Origin: Macrostomum hystrix
Lineage: Eukaryota; Animalia; Platyhelminthes
Assembly: GCA_950097015.1 (NCBI GenBank)
Contig: CATNEN010000039.1
Location: 17,856,001-17,920,000 of the forward strand
Direction of reading: 5' to 3'
DNA length: 64,000 nucleotides
Made by a program: the position numbers and the translations under genes. Under the pieces are notes generated by a model, which had not been told where the DNA came from, did not search any database, and was given only the letters and a program-made list of their open reading frames with translations. Positions 11,501-24,500 of this stretch are shown here, in pieces (the stretch's first letter is position 1; every line of letters begins with the position of its first letter).

Positions 11501-13449
11501 AAGCCTTCTCTCCGCGGCTGTGCCCCAAATAAATGTGGCCTCGCCGTGGAATCGAACTTAGGGACCGTGGTGCGAGAGGCAAACGCGATAACCGCTCTGC
11601 CACCGACCCCCTCAGTTCTACTGTTAACTTTCAGTGGCGTAGCGGTGATTCTTCCTCCTGCAATCGCTATTTGACTGACTCACCCGACTTTGAGTCGTAC
11701 AAGAAGAAAACTCTTTCCCATTTTTCGTGATCAATTAATTCCACAACGGCTGGAGTTATGATTGGCCTCAGGCGGACGATGAAGCGACCCTGCGGCTGGC
11801 GCCTGTCAGCGGCTCCATTGAAAGCGGTTCGCCTGTGCAGAATTCGATCCGATGGTAGCTTGTCAACAAAGCTAGTAGTGATGTAAGCCACCTCAAAGTA
11901 GTCGGTTATGGATAGAACCATGGGCATGGTCTTGTAGTGCACAGGTCCAAAGATGACTATGGCTCCACGTGAGATTAGGCGACAGACTGTGCGGATATGC
12001 GAGCATTGGATTGTAGATTAGACATGAGTGGCTTGGACAGCTGATAGATCGTTTGAGTTTTAAGATTGATAGATCGATTGGACAGCTGAAAGATCCTTGG
12101 GGTTTTAAGATTGATAGATCGACTGGACAGCTGATAGATCCTTAGAGTTTTAAGATTGATAGATCGACTGGACAGCTGAAAGATCCTTGGGGTTTTAAGA
12201 TTGATAGATCGACTGGACAGCTGATAGATCGTTTGAGTTTTAAGATTGATAGATCGATTGGACAGCTGAAAGATCCTTGGGGTTTTAAGATTGATAGATC
12301 CACTGGACAGCTGATAGATCGTTTGAGTTTTAAGATTGATAGATCGATTGGACAGCTGAAAGATCCTTGGGGTTTTAAGATTGATAGATCGACTGGACAG
12401 CTGATAGATCGTTTGAGTTTTAAGATTGATAGATCGACTGGACAGCTGATAGATCCTTAGAGTTTTAAGATTGATAGATCGACTGGACAGCTGATAGATC
12501 GTTTGAGTTTTAAGATTGATAGATCGATTGGACAGCTGATAGATCGTTTGAGTTTTAAGATTGATAGATCGACTGGACAGCTGATAGATCGTTTGAGTTT
12601 TAAGATTGATAGATCGACTGGACAGCTGATAGATCGTTTGAGTTTTAAGATTGATAGATCGACTGGACAGCTGATAGATCGTTTGAGTTTTAAGATTGAT
12701 AGATCGATTGGACAGCTGAAAGATCCTTGGGGTTTTAAGATTGATAGATCGACTGGACAGCTGATAGATCGTTTGAGTTTTAAGATTGATAGATCGACTG
12801 GACAGCTGATAGATCGTTTGAGTTTTAAGATTGATAGATCGACTGGACAGCTGATAGATCGTTTGAGTTTTAAGATTGATAGATCGACTGGACAGCTGAT
12901 AGATCGTTTGAGTTTTAAGATTGATAGATCGACTGGACAGCTGATAGATCGTTTGAGTTTTAAGATTGATAGATCGATTGGACAGCTGATAGATCGTTTG
13001 AGTTTTAAGATTGATAGATCGATTGGACAGCTGATAGATCCTTGGGGTTTTAAGATTGATAGATCAATTTTATTGGATCAATAGTCGACCGTAGATTGAT
13101 GTATCAAACGGTAGTGAATAGATTGAGGCAGTAACGGTAAAGTAATCGATTATGACTCACTGGCACTGCTCATCTGGAACGAGTCTTCCAGATCTTCAAC
13201 GTACTCCACCACTCGCTCGTATCTGTAGCGCAGCTGCAGCTGTTTGCTGAACCACTCGCGCTGCATCATCTGGTCGAAGGCGAAGTCGAATGCCGCATGG
13301 CTGGAAGATTCTTTGCTGCCGCTTTGAAAAATGCCGCCTATGAGGCAGGCCCTGCCGCAACCCCTCAGCGTAACATCTTCGGATGCGTCAATAACATCGC
13401 TCTTCATTAGCAGCAGCAGCAGCAGCAGCAGCAATGAGCAGCGATGCAT
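5583..13449 (-). CDS. Ionotropic glutamate receptor, AMPA/kainate-type (~937 aa)
   Basis: 12 exons (minus): 13449-13161, 11986-11684, 10509-10307, 9819-9766, 9670-9485, 9271-8999, 8805-8482, 8028-7670, 7507-7309, 6604-6248, 5964-5827, 5711-5583, all phases consistent. Poly-Leu signal peptide, ATD (IGGIF; VNITGF), S1 ([22 protein letters not shown]), M2 [12 protein letters not shown]3 [10 protein letters not shown]2 (LLESTMNEY), M4. Confidence 0.95.
6850..7135. repeat. 26-bp minisatellite (ctattggctaagagtcaactgtctcg) in iGluR intron 9
   Basis: About 7 near-perfect units plus degenerate flanks. Confidence 0.9.
8170..8425. repeat. 43-bp minisatellite in iGluR intron 7 (tacaaccaagtcagtatcatacagagcgtcataacgtcggttg)
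   Basis: Period 43 (8241, 8284, 8327); reverse-complement relative of array 9845-10295. Confidence 0.9.
8843..8970. repeat. Short-period repeat (ccgggaac[a]) in iGluR intron 6
   Basis: Tandem 7-10 bp units. Confidence 0.9.
9845..10295. repeat. 43-bp minisatellite in iGluR intron 3 (tactgacttggttgtaccacatactttttgactccctgtacga)
   Basis: About 10 units, period 43 (9848, 9891). Confidence 0.95.
10575..11239. mobile_element. Putative non-autonomous DNA transposon with degenerate TIRs and TTAA flanks, in iGluR intron 2
   Basis: Left end TTAA-cagtgggactacc...ggggggtaatccccctgaatttttt; right end (reverse complement) TTAA-cggtagaactacc...gggggaattccctcttgaaattttttt. Related fragment near 51445-51500. 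Confidence 0.5.
11244..11613 (-). mobile_element. tRNA-derived SINE family 2, full-length, with 14-bp TSD
   Basis: A box TGGCAGAGCGG, B box GTTCGATTC, 3' stem-loop (ggctgcggg...cccgcagcc), (TTA/TTG)n tail. TSD agttctac[c/t]gttaa at 11230-11243 and 11614-11627. Close homolog at 43675-44042. Confidence 0.9.
12030..13070. repeat. 45-bp minisatellite in iGluR intron 1 (ggacagctgatagatcgtttgagttttaagattgatagatcgact)
   Basis: About 23 units; source of ORFs 12233 and 12503. Confidence 0.95.
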
Positions 13450-14346
13450 CGGTGCTTGTTTCTGCTGTCCTTTCCTCAATGCTGCTTGTACAAGAGTTTG
13501 CTTGTCGTTCCAGCAATGTGTCTGCTATATGAGCAATATTTTAGTTTCTGGGAGAAAATCGTGCTCATTTGCGCTTCCTTTCCCACTCTCCCACCCAATT
13601 TTTTTTATCCTCGGCCAAGGCCGCGCTGGGTGATATTGGTGTGGAATCTGCAGACATCCCCCTAGGCACTGCTGGGAGAGGCTGGAGAGCAGAGAGGGAC
13701 GAGTTGGATTGGAGCTTTCAGGTTGGTTGCCGGCAGATCGGACGTGCTTCTGCAGCACTGTTTTTGCAAGTCTCGGACCTTGGGACAGGGGGGAGGAGAG
13801 GCAGAGGGAGACTCAGTGGAGGAGGGAATGGTAGATTCTGTGCCTCGTCCAAAAACCCCTGTGTGTGCTCATTTTCATCTCTTATTCGCAGCTGCATGAG
13901 TGCTCTTCTCGTTTTGCCATCGACATGTAGCCGGCCGCGAGATGCTGATTGAGACCGACCATCACTTTGCGAGGCCGAAATTTCCATCTCTTTTTTGGGA
14001 CCCGCCTCCCCTCCCCCCTCCCTCCTGGTGGGACGCGTCCACTATATTCGTTCCAAAAGAGACCTTCTGCCCTCTCCGCCTACAAGTTCACCCACCCCCT
14101 CCCTCGCAGCCCGTCTGGCAACTGCAGCTATGCGACTTCGAGCTCTCGACGCGGCCTCGACAAAAAATCGATCGAGCTTGAGGGAAAAAAGGCCCTAATA
14201 AACTGCATAGTGGACAACATCTAGCTCCAGTAGGCAAAAGTACATGGCGCTCCTCATCTCTGACTGTTTCCGTCTCAATCTGTCTCTCTTCATGCAGCAC
14301 TATGCAGTTGGGGTATAGAAATATGTGTAAGTTGTTGCAGCCCAAC

Positions 14347-14430
14347 CCAGTCCACGGACTGTACAGCTGTACGTAGCCTTTGACACGCAATTATAGCTGC
14401 GGCTGTGCCACTTCCTTTACATCTGGCCAA
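14347..14430 (+). mobile_element. SINE family 1, degenerate 3' fragment
   Basis: cagtccacggactgtacagctgtacgtagcc...tagctgcggctgtgc matches the body of the 2150-2472 copy. Confidence 0.6.
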
Positions 14431-14534
14431 AGTTGGCCAAGTATGATATTTGTCTTTCTAACTTCTAAATCTTTCTAATCGGATTACAAGCTGGACCCAA
14501 CAAATTCATTGAAAGTGGCGCCCCTTTAAAATCG

Positions 14535-14862
14535 ATGTGGTGTAACCCCCAAAATCCATGGTGGTGCAGCCCCCAAAATCCATGGTGGTGTAACCCCCAA
14601 AATCCATGGTGGTGCAGCCCCCAAAATCCATGGTGGTGTAACCCCCAAAATCCATAGTGGTGCAGCCCCCAGAATCCATGGTGGTGTAACCCCCAAAATC
14701 CATGGTGGTGCAGCCCTCAAAATCCATGGTGGTGCAGCCCTCAAAATCCATGGTGGTGCAGCCCTCAAAATCCATGGTGGTGCAGCCCTCAAAATCCAGT
14801 GGCACAACACCCGAAATCCATGGCGGCGCAAACCCCAAAATCCATGGTGTTGCAGCCCCCAA
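14535..14862. repeat. 24-bp minisatellite (ccccaaaatccatggtggtgcagc)
   Basis: About 13 units upstream of the iGluR gene. Confidence 0.95.
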
Positions 14863-17393
14863 ATTCGATTGTTTTTCCCTTGCACTGCGATTCGAACTCC
14901 AGAGCTTTCAAAAATGAACTGCAAAACTAAAAAAACGTTGAATTAATGTCATTTGCAGACTTAAGTATTGTAAATTATATAGGATCGAAGCTTCAAAGAG
15001 CTTAGCCAAGCAAAACACAAACAAACCATTAAAAGGCTTCTTTAAGCACTGAATTTTTCACTCGATTAATTGTGGAAAACTAATGAAGCCCCGAAAAATA
15101 ACAAAATTGACACGGTTTAACTGTAGGAAGCAGGGACGCATTCAAATGGCGTAAAAAGCAGCAGATACGAGTATACATCTAGATCCTTGTTAATGCACAT
15201 CGCCTTAACATTTTCTTGTACAAGTTATACCGCTTATGTAGTTCGTGTAAATGGCAATTGTGACTATAGTAATTTAACGAAACTTGAGCCGACACGGCAT
15301 AAAGAATCTAAAATTGTGCTGCTGCTGCTGCTGCTGCTCCTGCTGGGAAATCTGATATTATAGCATTAGCGGGCGCCTATGTAGATCCATCGAGACTTGA
15401 GTGCCAAAAAATTAGAAGCTGGAACAGCTAGCGTGCGCATATAAATATATGCGAGCTAGCTTAGAAAAAAATTCCGAGAGATCGCGGTTAGACACAGCTA
15501 TAGTGAGATTGCATTGGACAGGACTGTTACCCTCTGGCTATAGACTGCCCAGCGTTTCAGCCTTAATTCGCTTCAGCCCGTGGCTCTGCAGAGTCGTAAA
15601 AGCCAATTAACCGCGGATCCCTTATTGCAACTGTTATGTCGACATGTATGCAAATGATAAAAGCAGTTCCTATTGGAGACATTCTATATTATATACTCGT
15701 ACTATGCTCGGCTTTTTGAGCTTGTCATTTACTGAAATATCATATTCGAGGTTGCTAAATAGGCAACCGAAAAACTTGTGAGGCTTGTGACGCAATACGA
15801 ACCGCGCGCACGACCGAAAATTAAGAAAACAGACAATTATTACGCATGAAAAGTGCCAATCCGAAATAGAGAACTACGTACGCGTACCGATGTCAATTTC
15901 CTTTCTAAAGTGTCACTTACAGATCGACAAATTAAAATATAGCCGAAATACTTAAGCAAATAAAGCAACATCTTTTAAAAATAGTATCACGTACAAAAAG
16001 ACAGTGAACTATCGTCTCGCCTATCGCAAATTATCGTTCGGGGTTAACCTCCGCGCCTCTACGCGGAGGCCCGTTGGGGGGCGGAGTCCGCCGCCCCCAA
16101 AAAACCCAGCGGAATAAGTGAATAAGTAAATTAATTAAGTTATTAAGTCTGACGGACGGTACACAGTTGATCCAAGAAAAAATAATTAAGTATAAATTTG
16201 GTTTCTATCTTCGCTTTTAGCAAGTGAATATTCATATATTACATGGCAAAAAACTGCCTGCATCTGTATTTGGCCTTGTGTCTAAGCCAAAAATGTTTTG
16301 TTTTTTGTTAAGTTTGCGTTTAATATTTAAATATTGCCGCGTTTACTTTTTCCGGGAAACAGAAACAGAAACATTAAACATAAACATAAACATAAACACT
16401 TGTAAAGAATTCAGCTAAGAAGTCTGTAACCAACTGAACTTTTGATGTTTTCGAGGCTGAAGTTAGTGTGTAGTTTTCAACGAGAACAGAATGCAATATC
16501 ATACACCTCATACATCATTTTCTATTTAATTTATGTTTTTTTATTTTGTTATATATATGCAAATGTAGTTTAATTAAATTAAATTAATTCAATCAATTGG
16601 TTTTAATTCAAATCAAATAAATAAACTCCACTATGTTGGTCCTAGCAGCTTAGCTAAAGCAAATTAATATCAAGGAGTATATAATGTTAATGGCATCAGG
16701 GTGCAATTACTCCTTAGTGACATAATACCACCTGCTCCTGAATGCTATATTGGGATTTATCCTTACTGGAATAAGTTGACAAATTGTGTCCGACTGTCTG
16801 TTGCATTTTCAGACTTTTTGTGTCATGTCGCATTGCAGGGCATCGCAAGGGTGTCGCGCCGCAGTGTTGCATCACTTTTCTTTTTTATAAAGCGAAGTTA
16901 GTTGGTTAAGGTTATTATAGTATTTTATGTCGCGTCGCGCTTTGGAGCCACATTTTTGACACCCGTGTCATGCATCTGCAGGTTTTTGACTTTTATTCCA
17001 ATAGGGGGATTTATGACTTATGTAGTACTTATGCAACACCAGAAGTTCTGAAAATGTGACAAGCATGTGTAACAACCACAATCTATTTAAATATGGTGAT
17101 AACTTGATTATTAAATTTTTTTAAGTTTTGAACTTAAAGCTTAAAAGCAAAAAAGTTAGCAAAACAAATAATCCAATCAATATTACAATAATGTTGCCTA
17201 CATTTTCCTTATTTGATTTTGGTAGGTAGCTTTTGTCCTAATCTTTGCATTTTTTGTTTTCAACTTCAAATTTTTATTTTCAAGCATACAAAAGAAATTT
17301 ATCATATGTAGTCTGGCTATCCTTCTTAAGTTTATTTCTGGTGTGCAGAAAATAACCTGGCATGGCCATCATTGTGGAAATGGAAGTTGCATG

Positions 17394-17720
17394 GCCTTAA
17401 AAACTTTGTCCAACTCAGAATTCTCCACCTTGAAATGTAAACACATATCAAGGTGAAGGATTCTAAGTCAAATTCAGACTTGATAAATATAACTAATACC
17501 AACTAAGTAGCCTTCTAAAGTTTAACACATGATGCCATTATGAATTTTAGTTACAATAGATTGAATTTGAGAGCTCACTTCTGGTCAGAGAATTCCACCT
17601 CAAATTCCACCTTGAATTTCAAGGTGATAATTATAACTAATATAAACTAAGTATACCTAAGTTATAATGATAGAGTGAGAATTTGAGACAGAATTCTGAG
17701 GTAGACAAAGTTTCTAAGGC
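17394..17720. mobile_element. MITE-like element with ~30-bp terminal inverted repeats
   Basis: Left gccttaaaaactttgtccaactcagaattct versus reverse complement of right end gccttagaaactttgtctacctcagaattct; internal caccttgaa...aaggtg palindromes; no ORF. Confidence 0.6.
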
Positions 17721-18685
17721 TGCCTAGCCACTTAAATTATTTTTAATTCTTTAAATTCCTCCATAAGTCAGACATAATTTTGTTCTTTTACCTTAAAACG
17801 ATGGTTGGCCTAATTCACTTAGAAAAATTAGTCTTTAGGCTATGTATAACCTATTAACTCATTATATAATGTATACATGCACAACACCTGGCTGACTCAG
17901 CCAAATTGCCTAGGTGAAATGAGGGCCAAGCAAAGTATTTTAGTAAAAATCAAGCGACCAAGGTGAAAAAAGTTAAAGGGGGATGAAGGGACAAAGAGGG
18001 AAATCATGAAGAAATTAGAGAAAATCAGAAAAAGAGAAGAAAAGATGAATAACAGAGAAGACAAAGATTTGTAAACTGAACCAAAGAAGTTCTAAGTTAT
18101 AAATAGTGCAAAGCAAAGTCATAGATGAGAGATAACTTAGTCGCAGGTAAGCAAAAACTCACAGATTTGGGAAACTGAAGTCACAGATTTGCCCTCCTCC
18201 TTGAAGCAGGGCAAAACTAACTGCAATTTTGTTTTCCCCTTCTCCAACTTTTTTGTTTTAAGGGTTTAATTACGAATTGAATTTTAAGCAAGTTCTTTTT
18301 TAAATTCTAATCTTCTGTTTTTTATTCTAATCTCCTTGTTTTTCTTTTCTCTTCTTCTTTCTCTGCTTTTTCCTCTGTCTCTTCTACTCTACGATTTTCT
18401 TCTACTTTATTCTGACTTTCTTTCTCACTACTTGCAGTAAAAGACGAAATTCAAGGACTTAAAACTTAACTGAATGTGATAGATTTGTGCCAAAGACACT
18501 CCTGTTAAATGGGTATCAGCATAAGCTGGGTAATTGAGGGCAGAATTGTGGCCTCCTTGTCCACGACTGTGAATCTAGCTTTTCAAGGCTAGTTTTATTT
18601 TCTATCTATAATATATTGAACTATTTGTGTTGTATTGATCAATTAGCTAGCCTTCTTTTTCAGCTGGTATCTATTTAATCCAGAC

Positions 18686-20403
18686 ATGACAAAAGACAAT
18701 GAGAAAGCCATCGACATCTTCAATGGATTTATGGAAGCAGACGAAGACAAATCAGCTGTTGAAGCTCAAATCCAGACTCTGATCATTGTCATCCGACGAG
18801 CCGAGGCTCAGACAATGAAGGAGGTTCGCGAAAAAATTGTTGAAACCAACAGAGAGCTCATGCGTTCGCCGAGAGCCAACGCCTCCGTCAGGTCAGGCGG
18901 CGAGCTGTTCCTTCGCTACATCACAATGACCGAGCTAGATCAGCCCAGCTTTGAAGACACTCGGCAGGTGCTAATTAAGCGAGGCACCGCATTTCTGGAT
19001 CGCATTAGACAGAGTCTGGATAGGATTATGCAATTCGCCCTGCCATTTATCAAATATGGTACTCGGGTGCTGCTGCATTCTAGGTGTGTGCACTGCTGTA
19101 CTATTTTGCTAGGCTTTTATTCAAATTTTAAAATGAGCTGTCAACGGACTAGGGAGACCTAAGACTATTGATATGAGCAGTCATTGGAGTGGGGAAATGA
19201 CCAGAATTACTATTGCAATGAGAAGTCATTGAAGTGGGGAAATCACCAGAATGACTATTGCGATGAGTAGTCAATGGAGTGGGGAGATGACTAGAATGAC
19301 TATTGCAATGATCAGTCATTGGAGTGGAGAAATGACTAGAATCACTATTGCAATGAGCAGTCATCAGACCAGAGAAATGACTAGAATGACTATTGCAATG
19401 AGCAGTCATTGAAGTGGGGAAATGACTAGAATTACTATTGCAATGATCAGTCATTAGAGTGGAGAAATGACTAGAATGACTATTGCAATGATCAGTCATT
19501 GGAGTGGAGAAATGACTAGAATGACTATTGCAATGATCAGTCATTGGAGTGGAGAAATGACTAGAATGACTATTGCAATGATCAGTCATTGGAGTGGAGA
19601 AATGACTAGAATGACTATTGCAATGATCAGTCATTGGAGTGGAGAAATGACTAGAATGACTATTGCAATGAGCAGTCATTGGAGTGGGGAATTGACTAGA
19701 ATGACTATTGCAATGAGCAGTCATTGAAGTGGGGAAATGACTAGAATGACTATTGCAATGATCAGTCATTGGACCAGAGAAATGACTAGAATGACTATTG
19801 CAATGAGCAGTCATTGAAGTGGGGAAATTACTAGAATGACTATTGCAATGAGCAGTCATCAGAACAGGCAATTCCCCGACCAACCGCTCGAACAGGTCGA
19901 AGGTGGTACTAGCCCTGTTAAAGCGCGCTGCCAAGGCCCAGCTAGATTTCCAGTGCATTGTGACCCAATCACTGCCGGACCAGTCGGGTGAACGCATGCT
20001 AAAAGATTTAGAAACAGCTGGCATCAAAGCTTCTCTGGTTCTAGACGCCGAGGTTGGCGCCGCTTTGGAAAGAGTCGACATGGTTCTGCTAGGAGCGGAG
20101 GCTGTCACTCAAAGTGGCGGCATTGTTAACAAGATAGGCTCCTATACTCTGTGCCTGTGCGCCCACGCGCTCAACGTGCCAGTCTACGTGCTGGCTGAGA
20201 GCTGCAAGTTTTTGCGCGCCTATCCGCTGAATCAGGCAGATTTAGAGCCCGAGCTGCGCTATCCGAAGGGTCTGACTGGATTACAGCAGCCTAGCCCGAT
20301 TACAGACTACACACCGCCACAATATTTGAAGCTGCTATTCACCGATATTGGCATTGTACCACCGTCTGCTGTCAGCGACGAATTAAATAAGCTCTATTTG
20401 TGA
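18686..20403 (+). CDS. EIF2B1: Translation initiation factor eIF-2B subunit alpha (~301 aa)
   Basis: Exons 18686-19083 and 19896-20403 (junction HS|RSKVV). Motifs SGGELFLRYIT, GAEAVTQSGGIVNKIGSY, ESCKFLRAYPLNQ, DYTPPQYLKLLFTDIG, AVSDELNKLYL. AATAAA near 20471. Confidence 0.95.
19160..19862. repeat. 45-bp minisatellite in the EIF2B1 intron
   Basis: Unit aatgactagaatgactattgcaatgatcagtcattggagtggaga, about 15 copies. Confidence 0.95.
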
Positions 20404-20574
20404 GCTTGAGATTGTTGTTACCAGAATCAATTCAAACACAAAAAGTAGTTGTTGAGCAGTGTGCTAAGAAAATAAATAAGCAGTGATAGCTTTGAAATGC
20501 AACATTTGTCGGCTTTTTGAGGTTTTCGTAATTATTTTATTTACAGGGCTTGTCTATGGGGTAAGACTTCACCA

Positions 20575-21480
20575 GAAGCATCAAATTCTTAGGTGAGATT
20601 TCGCCTGTAGCCTCAAGTTCTTAGGTGAGATTTCGCCTGTAGCCTCAAAATCTGAGTAGAGATATCAGTAGCCTCAAAATCTGAGTAGAGATATCAGTAG
20701 CCTCAAAAATCTGAGTAGAGATATCAGTAGCCTCAAAATCTGAGTAGAGATATCAGTAGCCTCAAAATCTGAGTAGAGATATCAGTAGCCTCAAAATCTG
20801 AGTAGAGATATCAGTAGTCTCAAAATCTGAGTAGAGATATCAGTAGCCTCAAAATCTGAGTAGAGATATCAGTAGCCTCAAAATCTTGGGTGAGGTATCA
20901 GTAGCCTCAAAATCTGAGTAGAGATATCAGTAGCCTCAAAATCTTGGGTGAGGTATCAGTAGCCTCAAAATCTGAGTAGAGATATCAGTAGCCTCAAAAT
21001 CTGAGTAGAGATATCAGTAGCCTCAAAATCTGAGTAGAGATATCAGTAGTCTCAAAATCTGAGTAGAGATATCAGTAGCCTCAAAATCTGAGTAGAGATA
21101 TCAGTAGCCTCAAAATCTGAGTAGAGATATCAGTAGTCTCAAAATCTGAGTAGAGATATCAGTAGCCTCAAAATCTGAGTAGAGATATCAGTAGCCTCAA
21201 AATCTTGGGTGAGGTATCAGTAGCCTCAAAATCTGAGTAGAGATATCAGTAGCCTCAAAATCTTGGGTGAGGTATCAGTAGCCTCAAAATCTGAGTAGAG
21301 ATATCAGTAGCCTCAAAATCTGAGTAGAGATATCAGAACCCTCAAAATCTTGTTGAGATATCAGTAGCCTCAAAATTGATAGGTGAGATATCAGTAGCCT
21401 CAAAATTGATAGGTGAGATATCAGTAGCCTCAAAATTGATAGGTGAGATATCAGTAGCCTCAAAATTGATAGGTGAGATA
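20575..21480. repeat. 29-30 bp minisatellite between EIF2B1 and the SLC43 gene (agcctcaaaatctgagtagagatatcagt)
   Basis: About 30 units, ending ~50 bp before the SLC43 ATG. Confidence 0.95.
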
Positions 21481-21532
21481 CCTGCATTCTCCTCTAGTTT
21501 TTTCTACGCTTGAGACAATTTTCCTATTTAAA

Positions 21533-24500
21533 ATGTCATCGAATTTCCAGTGCTGGGAGTCCAAGCGCCTCCTAGGCCGTTGGACTCCGGTCCTCGGCGT
21601 TGTCCTGGCCATCTCCGAGGTGTTTTGCATCGGTGGCATATTCTTCGGCTTCTCGTCGGCTCTCCGAGTTCTGCTCCAAGCCGAGGGCTTCTTCGCCGCC
21701 GGTTGCAATGCCACCGTGGCCGAGTTGGCTTCTGGCAATGCGTCATGCGACTCTCAGAACGAAGGCTTTTCCAGGGTCAATGCTGTCGGCACCGGTATGC
21801 AACTGCTGTGCTCCCTGCCAATGGGGCTGCTGTTAGATCGGGTTGGCTTCAGGGCCTGCAAATGCCTCTGCGCTTGCGTTGGCTTCATCACCTGCCTGTG
21901 CCTCGGATTGGCTACACCGTCTACGGCCTGGCTGTTGTACATCGCAGCCGTCAGCTGGTCCATTGCCAGCAGTGTCAGCATTGTCAGTAGTCTAGGCGTC
22001 ACGGAACTGTTTCCAGCCTATAGAGAGGTTTGCAGCTTTTTAAAAAAAGTTATTATATACTCTGTAGATTAGATTCTTCGTTGGAATTTTATTAAACAAT
22101 TTGAAATCTAAATTTAGTGATTAGAGCTTGGATTAAGCAATTAGAAATCGATATTAGTTCATTAGAGTTTCGATTTTGCAATTAGAAATCGATATTAGTT
22201 CATTAGGGTTTTGATTTTGCAATTAGAAATCGATATTAGTTCATTAGAGTTTGGATTTGGCAATTAGAAATCGAAATTAGTTTATTAGAGTTTGGATTTG
22301 GCAATTAGAAATCGAAATTAGTTCATTAGAGTTTGGATTTGGCAAGTAGAAATATAAATTAGTTCATTAGAGTTTGGATTTGGCAATTAGAAATCGAAAT
22401 TAGTTTATTAGAGTTTGGATTTGGCAATTAGAAATCGATATTAGTTCATTAGAGTTTGGATTTGGCAATTAGAAATCGAAATTAGTTTATTAGAGTTTGG
22501 ATTTGGCAATTAGAAATCGATATTAGTTCATTAGAGTTTGGATTTGGCAATTAGAAATCGATATTAGTTCATTAGAGTTTGGATTGGGCCATTATAAATC
22601 GAAATTAGTTCATTAGAGTTTGGATTGGGCCATTATAAATCGAAATTAGTTTAGTAGAGTTTTGATTTGGCAATTAGAAATCGATATTAGTTCATTAGAG
22701 TTTGGATTTGGCAATCAGAAATCGATATTAGTTCATTAGAGTTTGGATTTGGCAATCAGAAATCGATATTAGTTTATTAGAAGAGTTTGGATTTGGCAAT
22801 TAGAAATCGAAATTTGTTCATTAGAGTTTGGATTGGGCCATTATAAATCGAAATTAGTTTAGTAGAGTTTTGATTTGGCAATTAGAAATCGATATTAGTT
22901 CATTAGAGTTTGGATTTGGCAATCAGAAATCGATATTAGTTCATTAGAGTTTGGATTTGGCAATTAGAAATCGATATTAGTTCATTAGAGTTTGGATTTG
23001 GCAATCAGAAATCGATATTAGTTCATTAGAGTTTGGATTTGGCAATTAGAAATCGATATTAGTTCATTAGAGTTTGGATTTGGCAATCAGAAATCGATAT
23101 TAGTTTATTAGAAGAGTTTGGATTTGGCAATTAGAAATCGAAATTTGTTCATTAGAGTTTGGATTTGGCAATTAGAAATCGATATTAGTTCATTAGAGTT
23201 TGGATTTGGCAATTAGAAATATAAATTAGTTCATTAGAGTTTGGATTTGGCAATTAGAAATATAAAAATTAGTTTATTAGAGTTTGGATTTGGCAATTAA
23301 AAATATAAAAATTAGTTTATTAGAGTTTAGATTTGCCAATTAGAAATCGATATTTGTTCATTAGAGTCTGGATTGGGCCATTAGAAATCGAAATTAGTTT
23401 ATTAGAGTTTGGATTTGGCAATTAGAAATCGATATTAGTTTATTAGAGTTTAGATTAGGCAATTAGAATTCGTAATTATCGAGTCTCGATTGTTTTATTA
23501 TTAGAAATAGACATTTCAGTTAATTAGAGTTTAGTTTAAGCAATTAGAGTTTGATAATAGAGTGAATTTTTTATAGATTTTATTGTATTATAGATGTGCT
23601 CTTTCTATATTTAACTTTGCAACAAAATAACGTTTTTGTTAGAATTAGAATAAGGATATTTTCATTTCTACTTTAAATACTTTCTACTTTCTACTTTAAA
23701 TTGAGTTTTTGTTTTTTTCGTTCTCATAGTTTTTTTAATTTTTTTAACAAATTTATTAAACTATTAGCCAATTCAGGCGCAGGTAATCCTGATTAACTTT
23801 AACAAATATACTCGCGCCACCCAGATCCTCATCTGTTTGGTCTCTGGGACGTTTGACAGCAGTGCTGTGCTGTTCACTCTGATCCAGACCATTGCATACG
23901 GATCCGGCTCTGATTCGCTAGATCTGATGTACCGCAGGCGCCTCACGTGTTTCATCTGTTTGGCAGTGCTGGCGGCCGTAGTGTGTCTAGTTAACGGCCT
24001 AGTGATTCTACCACCGAGGCACATTCGTCACACTGACCAGTTTAGAGGCTTGTGCAATCCGTTTAGCTTCTGCTGCGGCGATGATCAAAATAAGCGACCA
24101 AAGCAGGCCATCTTTGAGCTCAAGGAGCCGCTTGAGCACGATCCAACTGCCGGCGGCGGTGCTGTTGCTAAGCGCAATGACCCGGATGACAGCTCTGCGG
24201 CAGCCGACGATGACGACGCTGCCACCGCCTCAGCAGCTACTGCTGCGGCAGCCGAGTCCGAAGTTACGCCGTTAGATAAATCGGCTGAGCCTATGGATTT
24301 TGATGTTGAAGTTAGAAACAGTGACATATGTGAGTTGCAAAGCATCTCAGTTGATTAATATGAGTAGCTCAAATCCCACATGCTCACTTTGAGTAGCTAA
24401 AATCCCACATCCTCACTTTGAGTAGCTAAAATCCCCAGATCCGCACTTTGAGTAGCTAAAATCCCCAGATCCTCACTTTGAGTAGCTAAAATCCCCAGAT

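Noticed and set aside
13525-14390. Several overlapping short ORFs upstream of the iGluR start
   Set aside because: No recognisable domains; more likely 5' UTR or promoter sequence.
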